Below are positions 1 to 11,499 of a stretch of DNA of 64,000 nt, one piece after another (position 1 is the stretch's first letter; the number at the start of each line of letters is the position of its first letter). A program made the translations under genes and the position numbers. Source of the DNA: Phoronis australis (taxonomy: Eukaryota > Animalia > Phoronida); the NCBI GenBank assembly GCA_002633005.1, contig NMRA01000144.1:790885-854884 (forward strand). Direction: 5' to 3'. Below the pieces are notes generated by a model. The model had not been told where the DNA came from and did not search any database. It saw only the letters and a list, made by a program, of their open reading frames with translations.

Positions 1-534
1 CAATTAGTCTTTTAGTTTGGTTTCTGTGGCAAATTAACTCGCAAAACAAAAGGTATTTATGTAAAAAAAATAACAGTTGTGTTCATCTTTGTTACATTAC
101 GCAAAAAAACTGGGCCTCTGTATCGAAAATACTACCAGCGGTTTTCAGAATGATGAATAAATAATAATTATTAAGTTTGGAAAGTACCAGCAAAATCCAC
201 CAAATCGTTTTCAAGAACTCGTGTTCCTAAGTTCAAATTAAGCTGATTGCCGAAGCCGAGAAACAGCCGATTAAGTAGGGACGTGGAAATGTCAAGCTCT
301 TTAAATTGGTTAATCATTCAGTGAAAACTTGCTTTCCGTCAATATAACCTATACTCCCCGAAGCCGTATTCATTATTTCAACATTCACACGCAATGTCAA
401 CTGAATTTGCAGTGCGTAATTAAGTTAATTAAATATCACAAAAACATTTAATTAGCCAAATCGATATCCAATGTATCAAGTCCAAATAGGTCATGGGTGG
501 AGCCAACATATTGAGATGGTGAAGCTGGTGCCTT

Positions 535-1328
535 GTGGTCCACTTTAAAGTAGGTGAACAGTTCAATGTTATACACACCACGCGCCAGGAGACTGATATG
601 AAACCCAAGAATGAAATGTATACAGAAATCGTCATGAGCATGAGAACGAAACGCCAAAATGTCAAATGACCTATCAAATTATGGATATCTCAAACCTTAT
701 TCACTAAAAATTGGCCACTTTTACAATAATTCACGTGTCTAGTAAAATATCTTATCTCCATTTGCGGTTAACTTCAAATACAAAATATATACCATGTAGC
801 GAGAAAAAAAGATTTAGCAGAACCACCTTGGAATTGCACAACCACATGGATATTTGTTTACTACTCATCCGAGATCAAAGGTTAGAGGGTAGTCACTCAA
901 ATCAAATCTCCCATCAGGTACAGAGCAGCTACTATGTACCCTCAGTCTTTTCATTCACCGAGTCGCCATAATATTGAGTCAATGAGGTGTTCATATAGAA
1001 CGGTGCCATGGTAAACAAAGACAAAACGTAGTTTTGTTCCTGAGGAAGTTGCCCATCTACATGCATACGACCATTGAGAACGAATGCTACGAGTCGCCTC
1101 AAGCCGCTGTAGTCACAATCACAGCAGTTGCGAAAAGAAATAAATATTCACCCAAATTTCTTAATTCAAATGAAGTAATTTGATATTTAGATGCTTCAAT
1201 CTCATGCTAACAATGTGCTTTAACCACCGACTCAATTTCTGTTATCTATTTCTTACTTGGTTTCCTATCAGTCTCCAGGCGCATGATGTGTTTTAGTAAT
1301 GAAATGTTGACCTATTTTTAAGTAGGTC
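535..1328. repeat. Diverged inverted repeat pair (arms ~535-660 and ~1190-1328), probable old TIR element
   Basis: Reverse complement of 540-610 (cttgggtttcatatcagtctcctggcgcgtggtgtg...cacctactttaaagtgg) aligns with 1256-1326 (cttggtttcctatcagtctccaggcgcatgatgtg...gacctatttttaagtagg). Confidence 0.45.
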
Positions 1329-2115
1329 AAACAATAGTAGCAATTGATCACACCTCTTGGCTGGGGACAGTATCTTTTAATAATAACTAAGTTAATTTCG
1401 CACTGCAAACTCAGTTGACATTGCAAGTGAGTAATTAATAGTCTAGCAACAGAATTGCCTCAAGAGCAATAACAAGGAAATTTTTTAGACCTACTAAGCA
1501 CATGTCAACTTTGTATTAGCCATGCTGCATTGAAAATAAGTACCTGGAAAAAACAACAATCCCATGGCTTGGAAAGTACAGTAACACAAAAAGAGCAACG
1601 AAGAGTGTAAATATACCCCACTGTGTGCATCACAAATGGTGAACATGAAGTGGTGCTCATTTTCAAATATTTCCATGGTAGTCAAATCCATTTGAAAATC
1701 AACATCAGCTGTGTTCTTGTCATTAGGAACGTGCACCAAGTCAAATTTGTGATGATCCATGGAAAAATGATATTAAGGCAGTCACAATGACAGTTTGCCA
1801 CTAGGGGGCACCACAGAAGTCCCATCAGTCCAAACATAACATTAGCTGCTTTTTATACACCCACATATGTACAGGTAGGCACATAAAACTGGCACATTAC
1901 AAAATATATCGGACACAGACGTAGAGACCACCGTATCATAACACAAATTTATTTAACTCGAGTGACAGTAGTTAGTCATTTGAGCTGTCAGTCTACTTAA
2001 CTACTTTAATTGATATTGTGAAGTTACGGTTACATGACTTTGTACAACTTCGTTCAACAAAGTGTTCGCCAATTTTTGCATGATGCTACCATGAATTTTG
2101 CCACAAGCTTGTTCA

Positions 2116-3815
2116 AGGAGAATGCCACCCGATTTAATTAGTCTTTTTTACCGTCTTAATCGGTCTATATCCACTTCTCCTCGCATACGGTCGACCTTAC
2201 CTTGCCAAGAGGTGTCGCGTTAACCTGTGAGGAAGGTGAGAAACGACGCTAGCGACGTCAGTGGTTCATATGCAGAGTGAATGCCGCTATATTTCGGGGT
2301 GCATCTTTCCCGCTTGTTCGAACTAAGCAGCTGCGAGGAAAGCGTGTATATCGTTTTTTTTTTTTACTTCCTCGAGAGTCAGAAATGCTTAGGAAGTGGA
2401 TCATGGTAGTGAAGAATGAAATGTACGCTGTAAATAGCAAGTATGAGGCCGTGAAACATCTCCGTGTCTGTGGCCTGCAGACATGGACATCGACAATGCC
2501 TGACGAATGCCGGCTGGCTTACCAAATAACTCCATACGTTCCGTTGTCTGAGCTTGTTCACGGGGTCTCTCTAGTATTTCTTCATCACTGTATTCCTGTT
2601 CGAATTGATAGCCTGTAAAACTTAACGATCCACCTTCGAAGTCGGGACTGATGAGCTTTAGCTCGTCCTAAGCCGGGATTGCGAGTTGCCATGTTGGCGT
2701 TTATTACTGAGCGTTCTGTTTCAAAATGAATTATTCTCACCCTAACAAATACTTACATAAAACTGAAACAAAGTCTGTCTCATTAGATGCAATTTGTAAT
2801 GCCTTTGGAGTGTTCGTGAGTACAAATGATTTGAGAAGCCAGCAATGAATAAATCACTGCGTTACCGGCTTTATGTGCAATAAAACTAATTGACGGGACA
2901 CCAAGGCCGTGTGAGCTCATGCTAATTTAGTGGTTGCTGGCAGAAACTGTTGTGAAACAACTCGATTTCAATCCCACGGCCAGGTGTTAGGGGAATTTTT
3001 ATTTACATTTACATTACTCAAATAATGATTGACAACGTACAACTTCTGCCCTGATGGTGCTGTGGCCAAAGCGGAACCTGAATTCGCGGCCCCCGACGAG
3101 TAAGTAGATTTGCTGTTTCGTGGCTAATTCACCATCATAATCAGGTGCACATTACTTTGGCTCACTAGTATAGTATTTTCTTGACTGGAAGTTTAGTTTC
3201 CACTGAACTTCGGCTGGTTTATGTTTGTGATGTCTGATCAGTTTCCGAGCCACTGGCCGGGATAACAAGTCAATCCGGCCGGCCGCGACGGGCCTGATCG
3301 GGCTCCGAGCTACTCACTGGCCAGGATAACAAGCGTTTTGTGTTTAGAACTCAAAAGATCACAAGTCTAAACAACACAGATCTAGGTTCTCCAGTCTGTA
3401 TCTCACGGAAAATACTTCGGAATTATCTCCGAACAGACCCCAAGCTCCTGCTACGTGACCTTATTGGCCTGCCGAACTTTGTAGGCTACGGTGTGTCCAA
3501 ATACCAATAAATACGTGAGAGCGAAATAAAACAACACGTTTTTGTAAGAACTCGGTGTATTTTTAAGGGTTTTATATTGAAGTTTGATGATTTATTGGTG
3601 TTAAACGATGACTTCAAGCGATAAGCCGACACCAGTAACCCGTGTTGTGAACTGCCGAACAGATTGCGTGTGAAACCGATGACGTCATTGGATAATTTCA
3701 ACACCTCCATCTGCCTTCAGGTGTCAGGTAATGCAACTGTACGTGTCGTTATGGGGTAGAACTACTGGATCTAAATTGATACAAATTAGGTTGTTTTTTT
3801 GGGTAACATGCTCCT
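2116..3815 (+). mobile_element. Kolobok-type DNA transposon, internally deleted (family B)
   Basis: 15-bp imperfect TIRs aggagaatgccaccc / gggtaacatgctcct flanked by TTCA/TTAA. THAP remnant on + (CIFPACSN...LRKWIMVVKN...LRVCG, ~2282-2480). Convergent accessory ORF remnant on - (GYQFEQEYSDEE...HCRCPC, ~2693-2480). Confidence 0.7.
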
Positions 3816-4329
3816 TTAAACGTGCTTCCCACCCAATCCAACTGTATTTTTTCCTATCAGAATTTAGGTTCTAGAAACGTTTTTCTCAAGCCTAAAACCA
3901 TGCAGACGTATACATCGAAGGTTTAAATTCCTTATCTCCACTGAGACTGTTCACAACTGACTTCTCTGCAAACCGTATTTGAACGTTCAATCACCAAAAT
4001 TATAACTTTTTTACCAGCAATAAAAGCCTTGGCCACATTTGATTGCTGAAACTTGGAACATCACTAGCATACAGGAAAAACACCATCATGTCAATCTTAC
4101 CTTGAATTCAAAATCAATCATAAAACATTTTCTCACAATGTTATGACCTCACAGCTCCGACATTAGATGAAGTTTGACTAGCTTATCAGCCAAGCACGAG
4201 GCTGTATGCAGATGCCACGTTGCTATCATTGAAAGATGCTTTGACATTATGCAGCAATCATAAATGCGCATGCATGAACCTGTGTAGTTGAGTATTGCTA
4301 GAGCTTCACATTTCTAAAATTTTTTCATA

Positions 4330-5030
4330 ATTTTCAAACCGCTCCTGGAGTTTAAAGACATCGGAGTATCATCGGACTGGCCTGCGTCACTGGGTGAGAA
4401 ATGATTTTATTTCGTATACTACAACTGATAAACTCAATGGCCTGTATCCCGAATGAGACGGCATCTGTGACTAGTGATACACCGATGGACTTCAGTCCAC
4501 TGCATGAACTGAGGTCTGCCAAGGGTATAATTCTAGCCCACCTCAACGTACGCAGTCTTTTATCAAAAATCGAAGACATTTGCTTACTACTCCACGACAA
4601 GTCTATCGATGTCCTGTGTTTTAGCGAAATATGGCTAAATTGTTCGATCTCCGACGGTGAAATATCAATTGACGACTATAACCTGTGCAGAAAAGATCGG
4701 ACTGAAAGACATGGGGAGTGGCCCTTTTCATCAGAGACAGCTACAATTTCAGTGGAAGACCCGACAAGTCCCGGCATGCATTGGAACATCCTCTCTGGTA
4801 ACTGCCATTTTAATGAAGCACCTACAGAGTTTTCTTTACTTTTTATTCATCGCCAGCGTCATCATCGAGATGACATCTCTATCTGCATCAACACACAAGA
4901 ACTTGGTTTCACGCCAGTAAGTCCATTTCGAAAGCTTTCTTGCATGCCTAGGGTTGTATGTTTGAGAATCATAAAGGTAGTTTGTGTTCTTCTCAGTCCA
5001 ACTGCTCTTCCACACATCATCTATTTCACA
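4330..5030 (+). mobile_element. CR1/L2-type LINE fragment (APE endonuclease N-terminus) joined to an apparently inverted downstream piece
   Basis: ORF 4401 contains HLNVRSLLSKIED...DVLCFSEIWLN...DYNLCRKDR, typical of LINE endonuclease motifs. 4775-5030 read on the minus strand resembles the frameshifted post-endonuclease linker. Confidence 0.75.
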
Positions 5031-5125
5031 CAAATGTTGAAGACACAGTCGGGAATGCTTACAACATTGACCCCTTTTTAAAAAGTATATTAAAAAATGT
5101 CTGTTGACACAAAGCACTAACCTAC

Positions 5126-5254
5126 CAGTAGATTATCACACATTCCGTTGGCCATTTTGGCCAGTGTGTTGGCATCTAGAGGGGCAATGACCAAAACATC
5201 CGCCCACCGACGCAGCTCAATATGCAACACAGGATCAGGTATCTTCTTCCAACT
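5126..5254 (-). CDS. PPCDC: Phosphopantothenoylcysteine decarboxylase, coding exon 3
   Basis: cacag|...|gtagg, 129 nt, SWKKIPDPVLHIELRRWADVLVIAPLDANTLAKMANGMCDNLL (HFCD flavoprotein motifs HIELRRWAD and APLDANTLAK). Confidence 0.96.
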
Positions 5255-5788
5255 CTGTGAACACCAAACGTAAACATCACATACCTTTCAACAACTGCAC
5301 AATGTTCTTCCACATTACTAGACTCCCAATTAACCAAAACATTCACTAATATTCCCTAATATTAAATAGTTTGCTTTATTCTAGTCAGCTTCTTTTAACA
5401 AGCTTCCAGTCCAATGTCCTTTTCACAGGGGGATAATCACACATACTCCAGGCTCACAACTAAAGACTGTTCTGTTGGCACATTGTATTTCTATGTCAAA
5501 CCTTGTTTTGCTTTGAAATTGAGTTAGTCAGGCGAAATAATAAAGAGGATTACATTTCAACAATTGTACTGTCCATGGTGGAACTCATAGGCAGTATTTC
5601 TGCCTCTGAACCATCTCAAACTTGTTTTAATTTTGTTTGAAGTAAAAATTGTAAAGCCTCAAAAAGTATGACACAATCTGACTCAGGATAACTTCTGCTA
5701 ATAACAAAAATCTCATATTCAAAACACACTGTGCCTTAAATGAAATGAGTCCTGACTTTTGTGATCTCACATAACCTTTGGCCTTTAC

Positions 5789-5884
5789 CTGCCATTCGTC
5801 AATATCTCTGTGAACTTTTACAGGTAGTGCATCAGGGTTGAAAAAGTGAGTCGCATGCTCAGTGGTGATAACTTGTATATTAAC
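5789..5884 (-). CDS. PPCDC: PPCDC coding exon 2
   Basis: tacag|...|gtaaa, 96 nt, phase 0/0, VNIQVITTEHATHFFNPDALPVKVHRDIDEWQ. Confidence 0.95.
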
Positions 5885-6547
5885 CTGTAATAGGCAAGAA
5901 ACATTAAATGAGATAAGCCAATCACAAACAGCAATAAGGTCCTGTGGGTGGCTCCACACACACACTCACATTTCGCTGCATGGATGCATTAAAATCAAAA
6001 TCGTGCGGAAATTTGAAAAACACAAAATGCCATGATATGCACAACGCCACCTCGCAGGCATTCCTTTTTGAACGTTGGGCCAAAATCCAATCTGAAATTG
6101 ACGACAAGTAGCACACAGAAGAGCATTTACACGCAAGTGAAAACCAAGAACAAGACACCACTTAAGGAAATATAGCTGAAAAGCACCGCACTAACAATAT
6201 GCACTATTATAGCACTTCTCAAGCATAGTTTTTGAAAGTTTGGTCGGAATACCTTTTCACATGAAGCAGTTGCTCTCAGAAGAGCATTGCTGTACATGAA
6301 AGTCTGAAATTAAAGGCGAAGGCAACCTTTTTCCATGTCATTTTGAGCTAAAATAAGGTGGGTTGGTTATCCTAGACACATTTTCCACTTAATTACAGCT
6401 TTTCGTAATTTTATTAATTACTCGTGTGCTGTTTTTCAACAATTGTCGCCACCACTTTCCATCGGCGAGTATTCTGCGGCAAAATAGGGTAGTAGAGAAC
6501 TCAACTACGTTGGATTTAGGGATTGTTTAGTGTGTTGTAAGCTGAAA

Positions 6548-6855
6548 ATGGCTGAAGTCTGTGACCCGTATCACAGTGACAGTAGTGTGACTGACGGAGA
6601 CCTTGTTCACAGCAGTGGTGACGAGGAATTTTTTCACGGACATTCAGTGGGTGGGTACATGTTTGAGCCAGAGTATAACGAGGCAGAGTACGCACTGGCA
6701 CAGGCAGCTGTTGAGAGAAATGAGGCGGCTACTGAGGACAGACGTGGTGACACATCTTGGTGCAAATGCACTGTGTGCGTTGTTATGCCTACCTCAATGG
6801 AATGCTTGTGCTGTTCAGAGTTCGACGAGGCCAAGTCACTACTGGACATGGTTAA
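6548..6855 (+). pseudogene. Truncated Kolobok accessory gene (KolX-like; P2X7 ballast/ZCD-like Cys motif)
   Basis: MAEVCD...GYMFEPEYNEAE...RRGDTSWCKCTVCVVMPTSMECLCCSE; truncated by the internal deletion. Confidence 0.8.
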
Positions 6856-7623
6856 GTGGACCTTCGGCATACCACAGACAGAGGAACAACTGTCTCACTT
6901 GCCATAGTGTCCCGTGACACACTCCCACTGGATGGTGACCTGAGCACCCAAACTGCTTACATCGTGTCGTGTGACTCCCTCGCCACACACCTGGCACCTT
7001 CTAAATAGACAAGTCCACAATAAACTTATCAAAGTTTGGCTCATCGATCTGTTCTCTGAACGACAAACTGTCCTCTTCACTGGGTGTCGAACTGGGCCTG
7101 TAATCACTCCCACTACTCAATATCGCTGCAGAGCTGCTTAGAGGCTCTGGGCTGGAGAAAACAGCACAGGGCGAATCACCACTGGTTCCAGGAATTGCAC
7201 GCTCTGGGGTACGTTCGGAAGCACGGGTGACAGTAGATGAAGTGCCTCCACTGGCTCCAGTCACTGTACTGGCCACAGCTCGCGAGGCTTCTCGCTTCAA
7301 AAACGCACTTCTCGGGGGTGGCGACGGGGCACTGCCGGGAATCAACACAAACGGAATGGCATCCTTCTTCAGGCGTTGTTTCGCAGGGACCTTCATCAGT
7401 TCAGCGTAAAAATCCCTTTCGTAACTGGAGGGCAGAAAGTGCTTGCCACACACACGGTAATTCTCCACTGCTTTGTACGTTGCGTGGACGGGTAACGCTG
7501 CGTTCTTCACACGAACGAGCGAAGTACGGCGAAGTGTGTCATCCATCGGAAAGCGATGCAAAAGTACTCCCAAAGCGCGCGTGAGCCGATAATACATTCC
7601 GGTACGCAGCAACAGTGTGGCAT
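6856..7623 (-). pseudogene. Truncated, frameshifted THAP-domain transposase N-terminus
   Basis: MPHCCCVP.C...LHRFP...RVCGKHF...RLKKDAIP (THAP C2CH and AVP-like box), then CQVC...WECVTGH zinc finger; has frameshifts and an in-frame TGA. Confidence 0.85.
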
Positions 7624-8660
7624 GTTGACTGACTAGTAAATGAAAGCAAACGACGATGGAACTTAACACAACCGAGGTAGAACAATGACTGACTCGGCAG
7701 CTCTCAGTCAGACTACATGAAAAGAAATTGGCGCGAAATGCTTGCCTCCTAAAACGTCACTTCCTCAGTAGCAGATGAGTAATTAATAACATTACGAAAA
7801 GCTGTAATTAAGTGGAAAATATGTCTAGGATAACCAACCAACCTTATTTTAGCTCAAAATGACATGGAAAAAGGTTGCCTTCGCCTTTAAGAAGTGGGCC
7901 AATATTCCAGAAAATAGACAAACCGTAAAATGATGATAATATACCCAAAATCACTTTGTAAGGTACTGGTCTGAACGTTTGTTTGAAATCCCCTATGAAA
8001 TGTTGGACAATTAGGAGTTTCACAAATAACAGCTTTCCACAAGGTTGCGTTCTAGTATGTGTCATAATAAAATATTGCAATTGGCTTCATTTCATTGCAA
8101 TTTTTTAGTATTCTACTACCAGCAAACTCAATTTCAGAACAAAAATTGCTATTGCGAAACTACCATCATCTTCCGAGAGATGTCACAATAAATTAGGAAA
8201 TGATGCATATGAATGACGTGACACGAGCGCACTGTTTTCAAAACAACGATACACTTTTGCTTTGTTACAAAGGGCAGAAAATTATGCAAGAAAATGACAT
8301 TTATTAGATAGTCTTTCACTTAAACCACTGCAACCGGAAAGGTGAGTGTCGGTTGACTCCCAGAATTTGCATGCACTGCCGCCGGCCGTTAACATGTTGA
8401 TTAAGTTTCACGACGAGGTGATAAGTGGAACTAGCCAGGCTATGTGAAATTTCGGAGTCTAACGGAGCTCAACACACAGTGGTTTCTGGCGGTATTTAGA
8501 CGATAGTTTTCATACAGCTAGCTGGCATACTTTTTGGAAAGTTTAGTCAAAATCTCCTACAGGAGGAGATAATTTACAAGTAAATTAATTTTAGTGGTTC
8601 CGAAGGACTGTTAAGCACTTTTCTATTTGTAATTCTTTTCAATATATAAGTGGAGTAAAC

Positions 8661-8765
8661 GGGTCCCTCTTCAAAATGGCTGCCGGGAATCAGTTTACAC
8701 TGAATAACGGACAATGTCATTACTCAGTGAAAACTGGTGCCCGGCAGCCATTTTCAAGAGGACCC
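8661..8765. repeat. 105-bp near-perfect palindrome (hairpin MITE)
   Basis: gggtccctcttcaaaatggctgccggg...gacaatgtc...cccggcagccattttcaagaggaccc; ~50-bp arms with a minimal loop. Confidence 0.85.
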
Positions 8766-9169
8766 ATGACAACGGAAATAATCATGGTGTTGCAAGCAAA
8801 GTTTTTATCATTTCATACAATTTCTAAACCTGTTTCGCTCTTGTCCACTGTTTTACTACATGTCATGCGGAACACATTTTCTGCTTATTTTGCAAGTTGG
8901 TTCAAAGCCCAGACATAGCAGGAGAGTGCAAACAAAAGTAAGAAAAGATAAGAATTTGAAAAAATCTAAGAGAAAAGCTTGTAGTGTATGAAGGACCTAT
9001 AGGAGCTTCACCATCTCTAAGCCAAGGTTGAACTCGAGACGGTGGTCATGTTGCACCCCAAACTCATGCCTGTGTCAAACTGATTTGGCGCTGGTTAGTG
9101 AGCCAAACTGATGCTAGACAGTGACCACTGTCTCTAGCTGGCTCAGTAGAGACCATGTAGCTGCTATAG

Positions 9170-9854
9170 GGGGGCACTAATCCGATATAATGGACCCTAA
9201 CTTATTCCAAATAAATCCACTAAATATAGGTCTAAATGAATGATTTTGGCATCGTTGCATTCCTCAGACATCTGGCTATTCATACAAATCCTTTTCACGA
9301 GCCTCAATTACTAAAGTCTATAACTACGCTATTCCGAACTCGGTCCACTTTAGCCACACGAATCGTGAAATCGGCAGTCATTTCAGGGAACTTACTATAT
9401 CTAGCGTCATCTATCGGCGATTTGCTACAACGCACTATTCCTTTTTCATCAGTCAACATCATTGGTCGATTTCGTCAATTATTAACGTCATCGTTATTAA
9501 TCATCGTACGTCTGCTTTCGTCATCACCTTCGTCGTCTCTCTCACGATCGTATCTGTCATCGTCATGTTATCGTCGTCCATGTTGACTGATGAAAAAAGA
9601 ACAGCGCGTGGTGTAGCAAATCACCGATAGATGGCACTATAGATATAGTAATTTCCCTGAAATGGCTGCCGATTTGTGGACCAAGTTCGGAATGGCGTAG
9701 TTATAGACTAGAGTAATTGTGGGTCGTGAAAAGGATTTGTACGGATAGCCAGATGTCTGAGGAATGCAAAGATACCAAAATCATTCATTTAGACCAACAT
9801 TTAATGTATTTATTTGGAATAAGTTAGGGTCCATTATATCCGACTAGTGCCCCC
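9170..9854. mobile_element. Foldback MITE with ~260-bp TIRs (PIF/Harbinger-like ends)
   Basis: GGGGGCACTAATCCGATATAATGGACCCTAACTTATTCC... versus ...GGAATAAGTTAGGGTCCATTATATCCGACTAGTGCCCCC; flanks TAG/TAA; central spacer rich in TCATCG/TCGTCA. Confidence 0.85.
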
Positions 9855-10045
9855 TAAGGGCTCCATATGCCAGAAGCTTTTCGGCGAATTATACCTCACA
9901 CTGATTAAAAAATCAGTCACGTTGTTACAAGTACCTTTTGCGCATAGAGGGACACCTTACGAGGCTGTTGATGTCTTGAATTCCTTCCAACTCGAACAAA
10001 TACATGAGCACTCTTGTCCTCAATTTCAGTTTTGATGACCATTAA

Positions 10046-11008
10046 ACAGTACACACCATGGAATTTTGCACATTTTGAATTAACGGTGGCCACAGACTAA
10101 ATGTATGACGTAAAATTTAGCTAAACCCATGTTTATTTTGTGTAATTAGCTCGAAATTTTGATTTTTCTTTCAATTTTGCCAATTTTCACATTTCCCGCC
10201 ATGTGACGTCATGGGTTGAACACAACAGATCAGTGACCAGCATTGAACAATGGCGGAGAGCAGTGAATTTGAAAGCGACGACGATTATGAGCAAGAATTA
10301 AATAAATACTATGAAGAAACGTACGGGAATGGTGGCCAGGATGAGGAAATGGGGTTGCACGAAAGCGAGAACAAGTTTGATGTCCTTCCGGCTGCGTACT
10401 TTTCTACTTTGAGCCTTACGAACTGGATCCTCCCGCGAGAGAACCGGCCTCGGGCTCGGCGAGTCAACCCAGTCATCCAACAGACGATCCTGAATTAAGA
10501 GCCGATGTTTCTGAATGATAAATATTGTCCTTTATTGAACCAGGCCTTCATCGTAACATCTCCTGTGACTGGAGTTGAAACACGAGTCCTCAAAGTGGGC
10601 AAAACACAGAGTGGCCCCGGACCGAATCGCTTGGTCCACGATGAGGTCCCACACTCTCGTTCGGCGCACGAAGCGATGTCACTTCAGCGCAACTTTGGTG
10701 TCCTTCGGAACACCGAGACGTTCTCCGCCTGTCTGCTGTTGCTGCAGCCTCCGGCAACATATCTTTTGATCCCTCTACGAACCTTCTCGACGCTAAATGT
10801 ACTTTGCTTTCACTTCACTCTATACACTTGGTCTCTGATCCGAACAGTATGGCGAACGACTTGGGTTCAACCCATGACGTTGTACATAATTATTATTTTT
10901 TTCAATTTTTGCGTGTTTCTTTATGAGCTGTGCACTAAAGGCACTGAAATCAAGTAAGATATAATAATAAAATTTATTTTGAGGTACTAGAGTCATGTTG
11001 TGTACACT
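10046..11008 (-). mobile_element. Kolobok-type DNA transposon, internally deleted (family C)
   Basis: TTAA flanks (10042-10045, 11009-11012) and 15-bp imperfect TIRs (acagtacacaccatg / catgttgtgtacact). Internal inverted motif tgacgtcatgggttgaac. THAP remnant on - (YVAGGCSN...KVALK*HRFVRRTR...LCFAHFEDSCF, ~10770-10400); acidic ORF start MAESSEFESDDD on + at 10250. Confidence 0.75.
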
Positions 11009-11304
11009 TTAAAAACCCCATGGCATAAGGCATAATCATAAACCACAAGGGCAAGGCACAAGCATTAATTTAGCGAAATTGCGTTACCTTCAGTCAGGTG
11101 CAGGTATCAGTTTGGCTCACCAATCTGCGCCAAACTGAAGTGCGCCAAATCAGTTTGGAGCAGACTAGACATCAGTTTGGGATGCAACCGTCAATAGTGA
11201 CTAGGCCTATCTGCCAAGGCAATATATCAATATATGGCCAGGCACATGGCTACTAAAAATTCTTGGCTCGAGGTGAATTTATAATGTCTATGGCCGGGGC
11301 ATAC

Positions 11305-11445
11305 CTTCTGCAGTTCCATTAATTTTTGTATAAGCTGGTTTATTTTAATAGTAGCTACGCTTCCGGTGCACCCAATGAGAATATTCTTTGAACCACCGCT
11401 ACTTTTCGCATTTTCTGCCTCACGAGTGAAGTCAGTCTCCTCCAT
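11305..11445 (-). CDS. PPCDC: PPCDC coding exon 1
   Basis: MEETDFTREAENAKSSGGSKNILIGCTGSVATIKINQLIQKLMELQK|gtatg; GCTGSVA FMN-binding motif; an in-frame upstream ATG at 11490 is an alternative start. Confidence 0.93.
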
Positions 11446-11499
11446 TCGTCCCGTGCATGCTTCTGAGACGTCCGCTAGGTGGCAGCTCATATTTTGATT

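Larger units (their letters stand above)
6314..7886 (-). mobile_element. Kolobok-type DNA transposon, internally deleted (family A, copy 1)
   Basis: TTAA on both sides (6310-6313, 7887-7890), AGG...CCT termini, ~110-bp TIRs. THAP transposase 5' part on - from ATG 7623; accessory gene 5' part on + from ATG 6548; deletion junction near 6850-6856. Confidence 0.9.
9048..11190. mobile_element. Old TIR element with CCAAACTG subterminal repeats, hosting nested insertions
   Basis: Left gttgcaccccaaactc...caaactgatttggcgc...gtgagccaaactgat is the inverse of right atcagtttggctcac...gcgccaaatcagtttg...cagtttgggatgcaac. Confidence 0.6.

Noticed and set aside
1544-1620. Possible PPCDC exon on the minus strand (cacag|WGIFTLFVALFVLLYFPSHGIVVFS|gtact)
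   Set aside because: No similarity to the expected TCxxRAW...PAMN exon and a weak polypyrimidine tract; the true exon 4 must lie left of the window.
1797-1812. Single CTCF-like site gccactagggggcacc (another at ~49743)
   Set aside because: Isolated motif matches cannot be distinguished from chance or repeat relics without binding data.
6530-6907. Host P2X7 receptor gene
   Set aside because: No transmembrane or ectodomain exons; the ORF is inside TIRs and truncated.
7001-7669. Intact host THAP gene (222-aa ORF)
   Set aside because: The real THAP start (ATG 7623) is out of frame with this ORF, the conserved Trp is lost, and it lies within a transposon.
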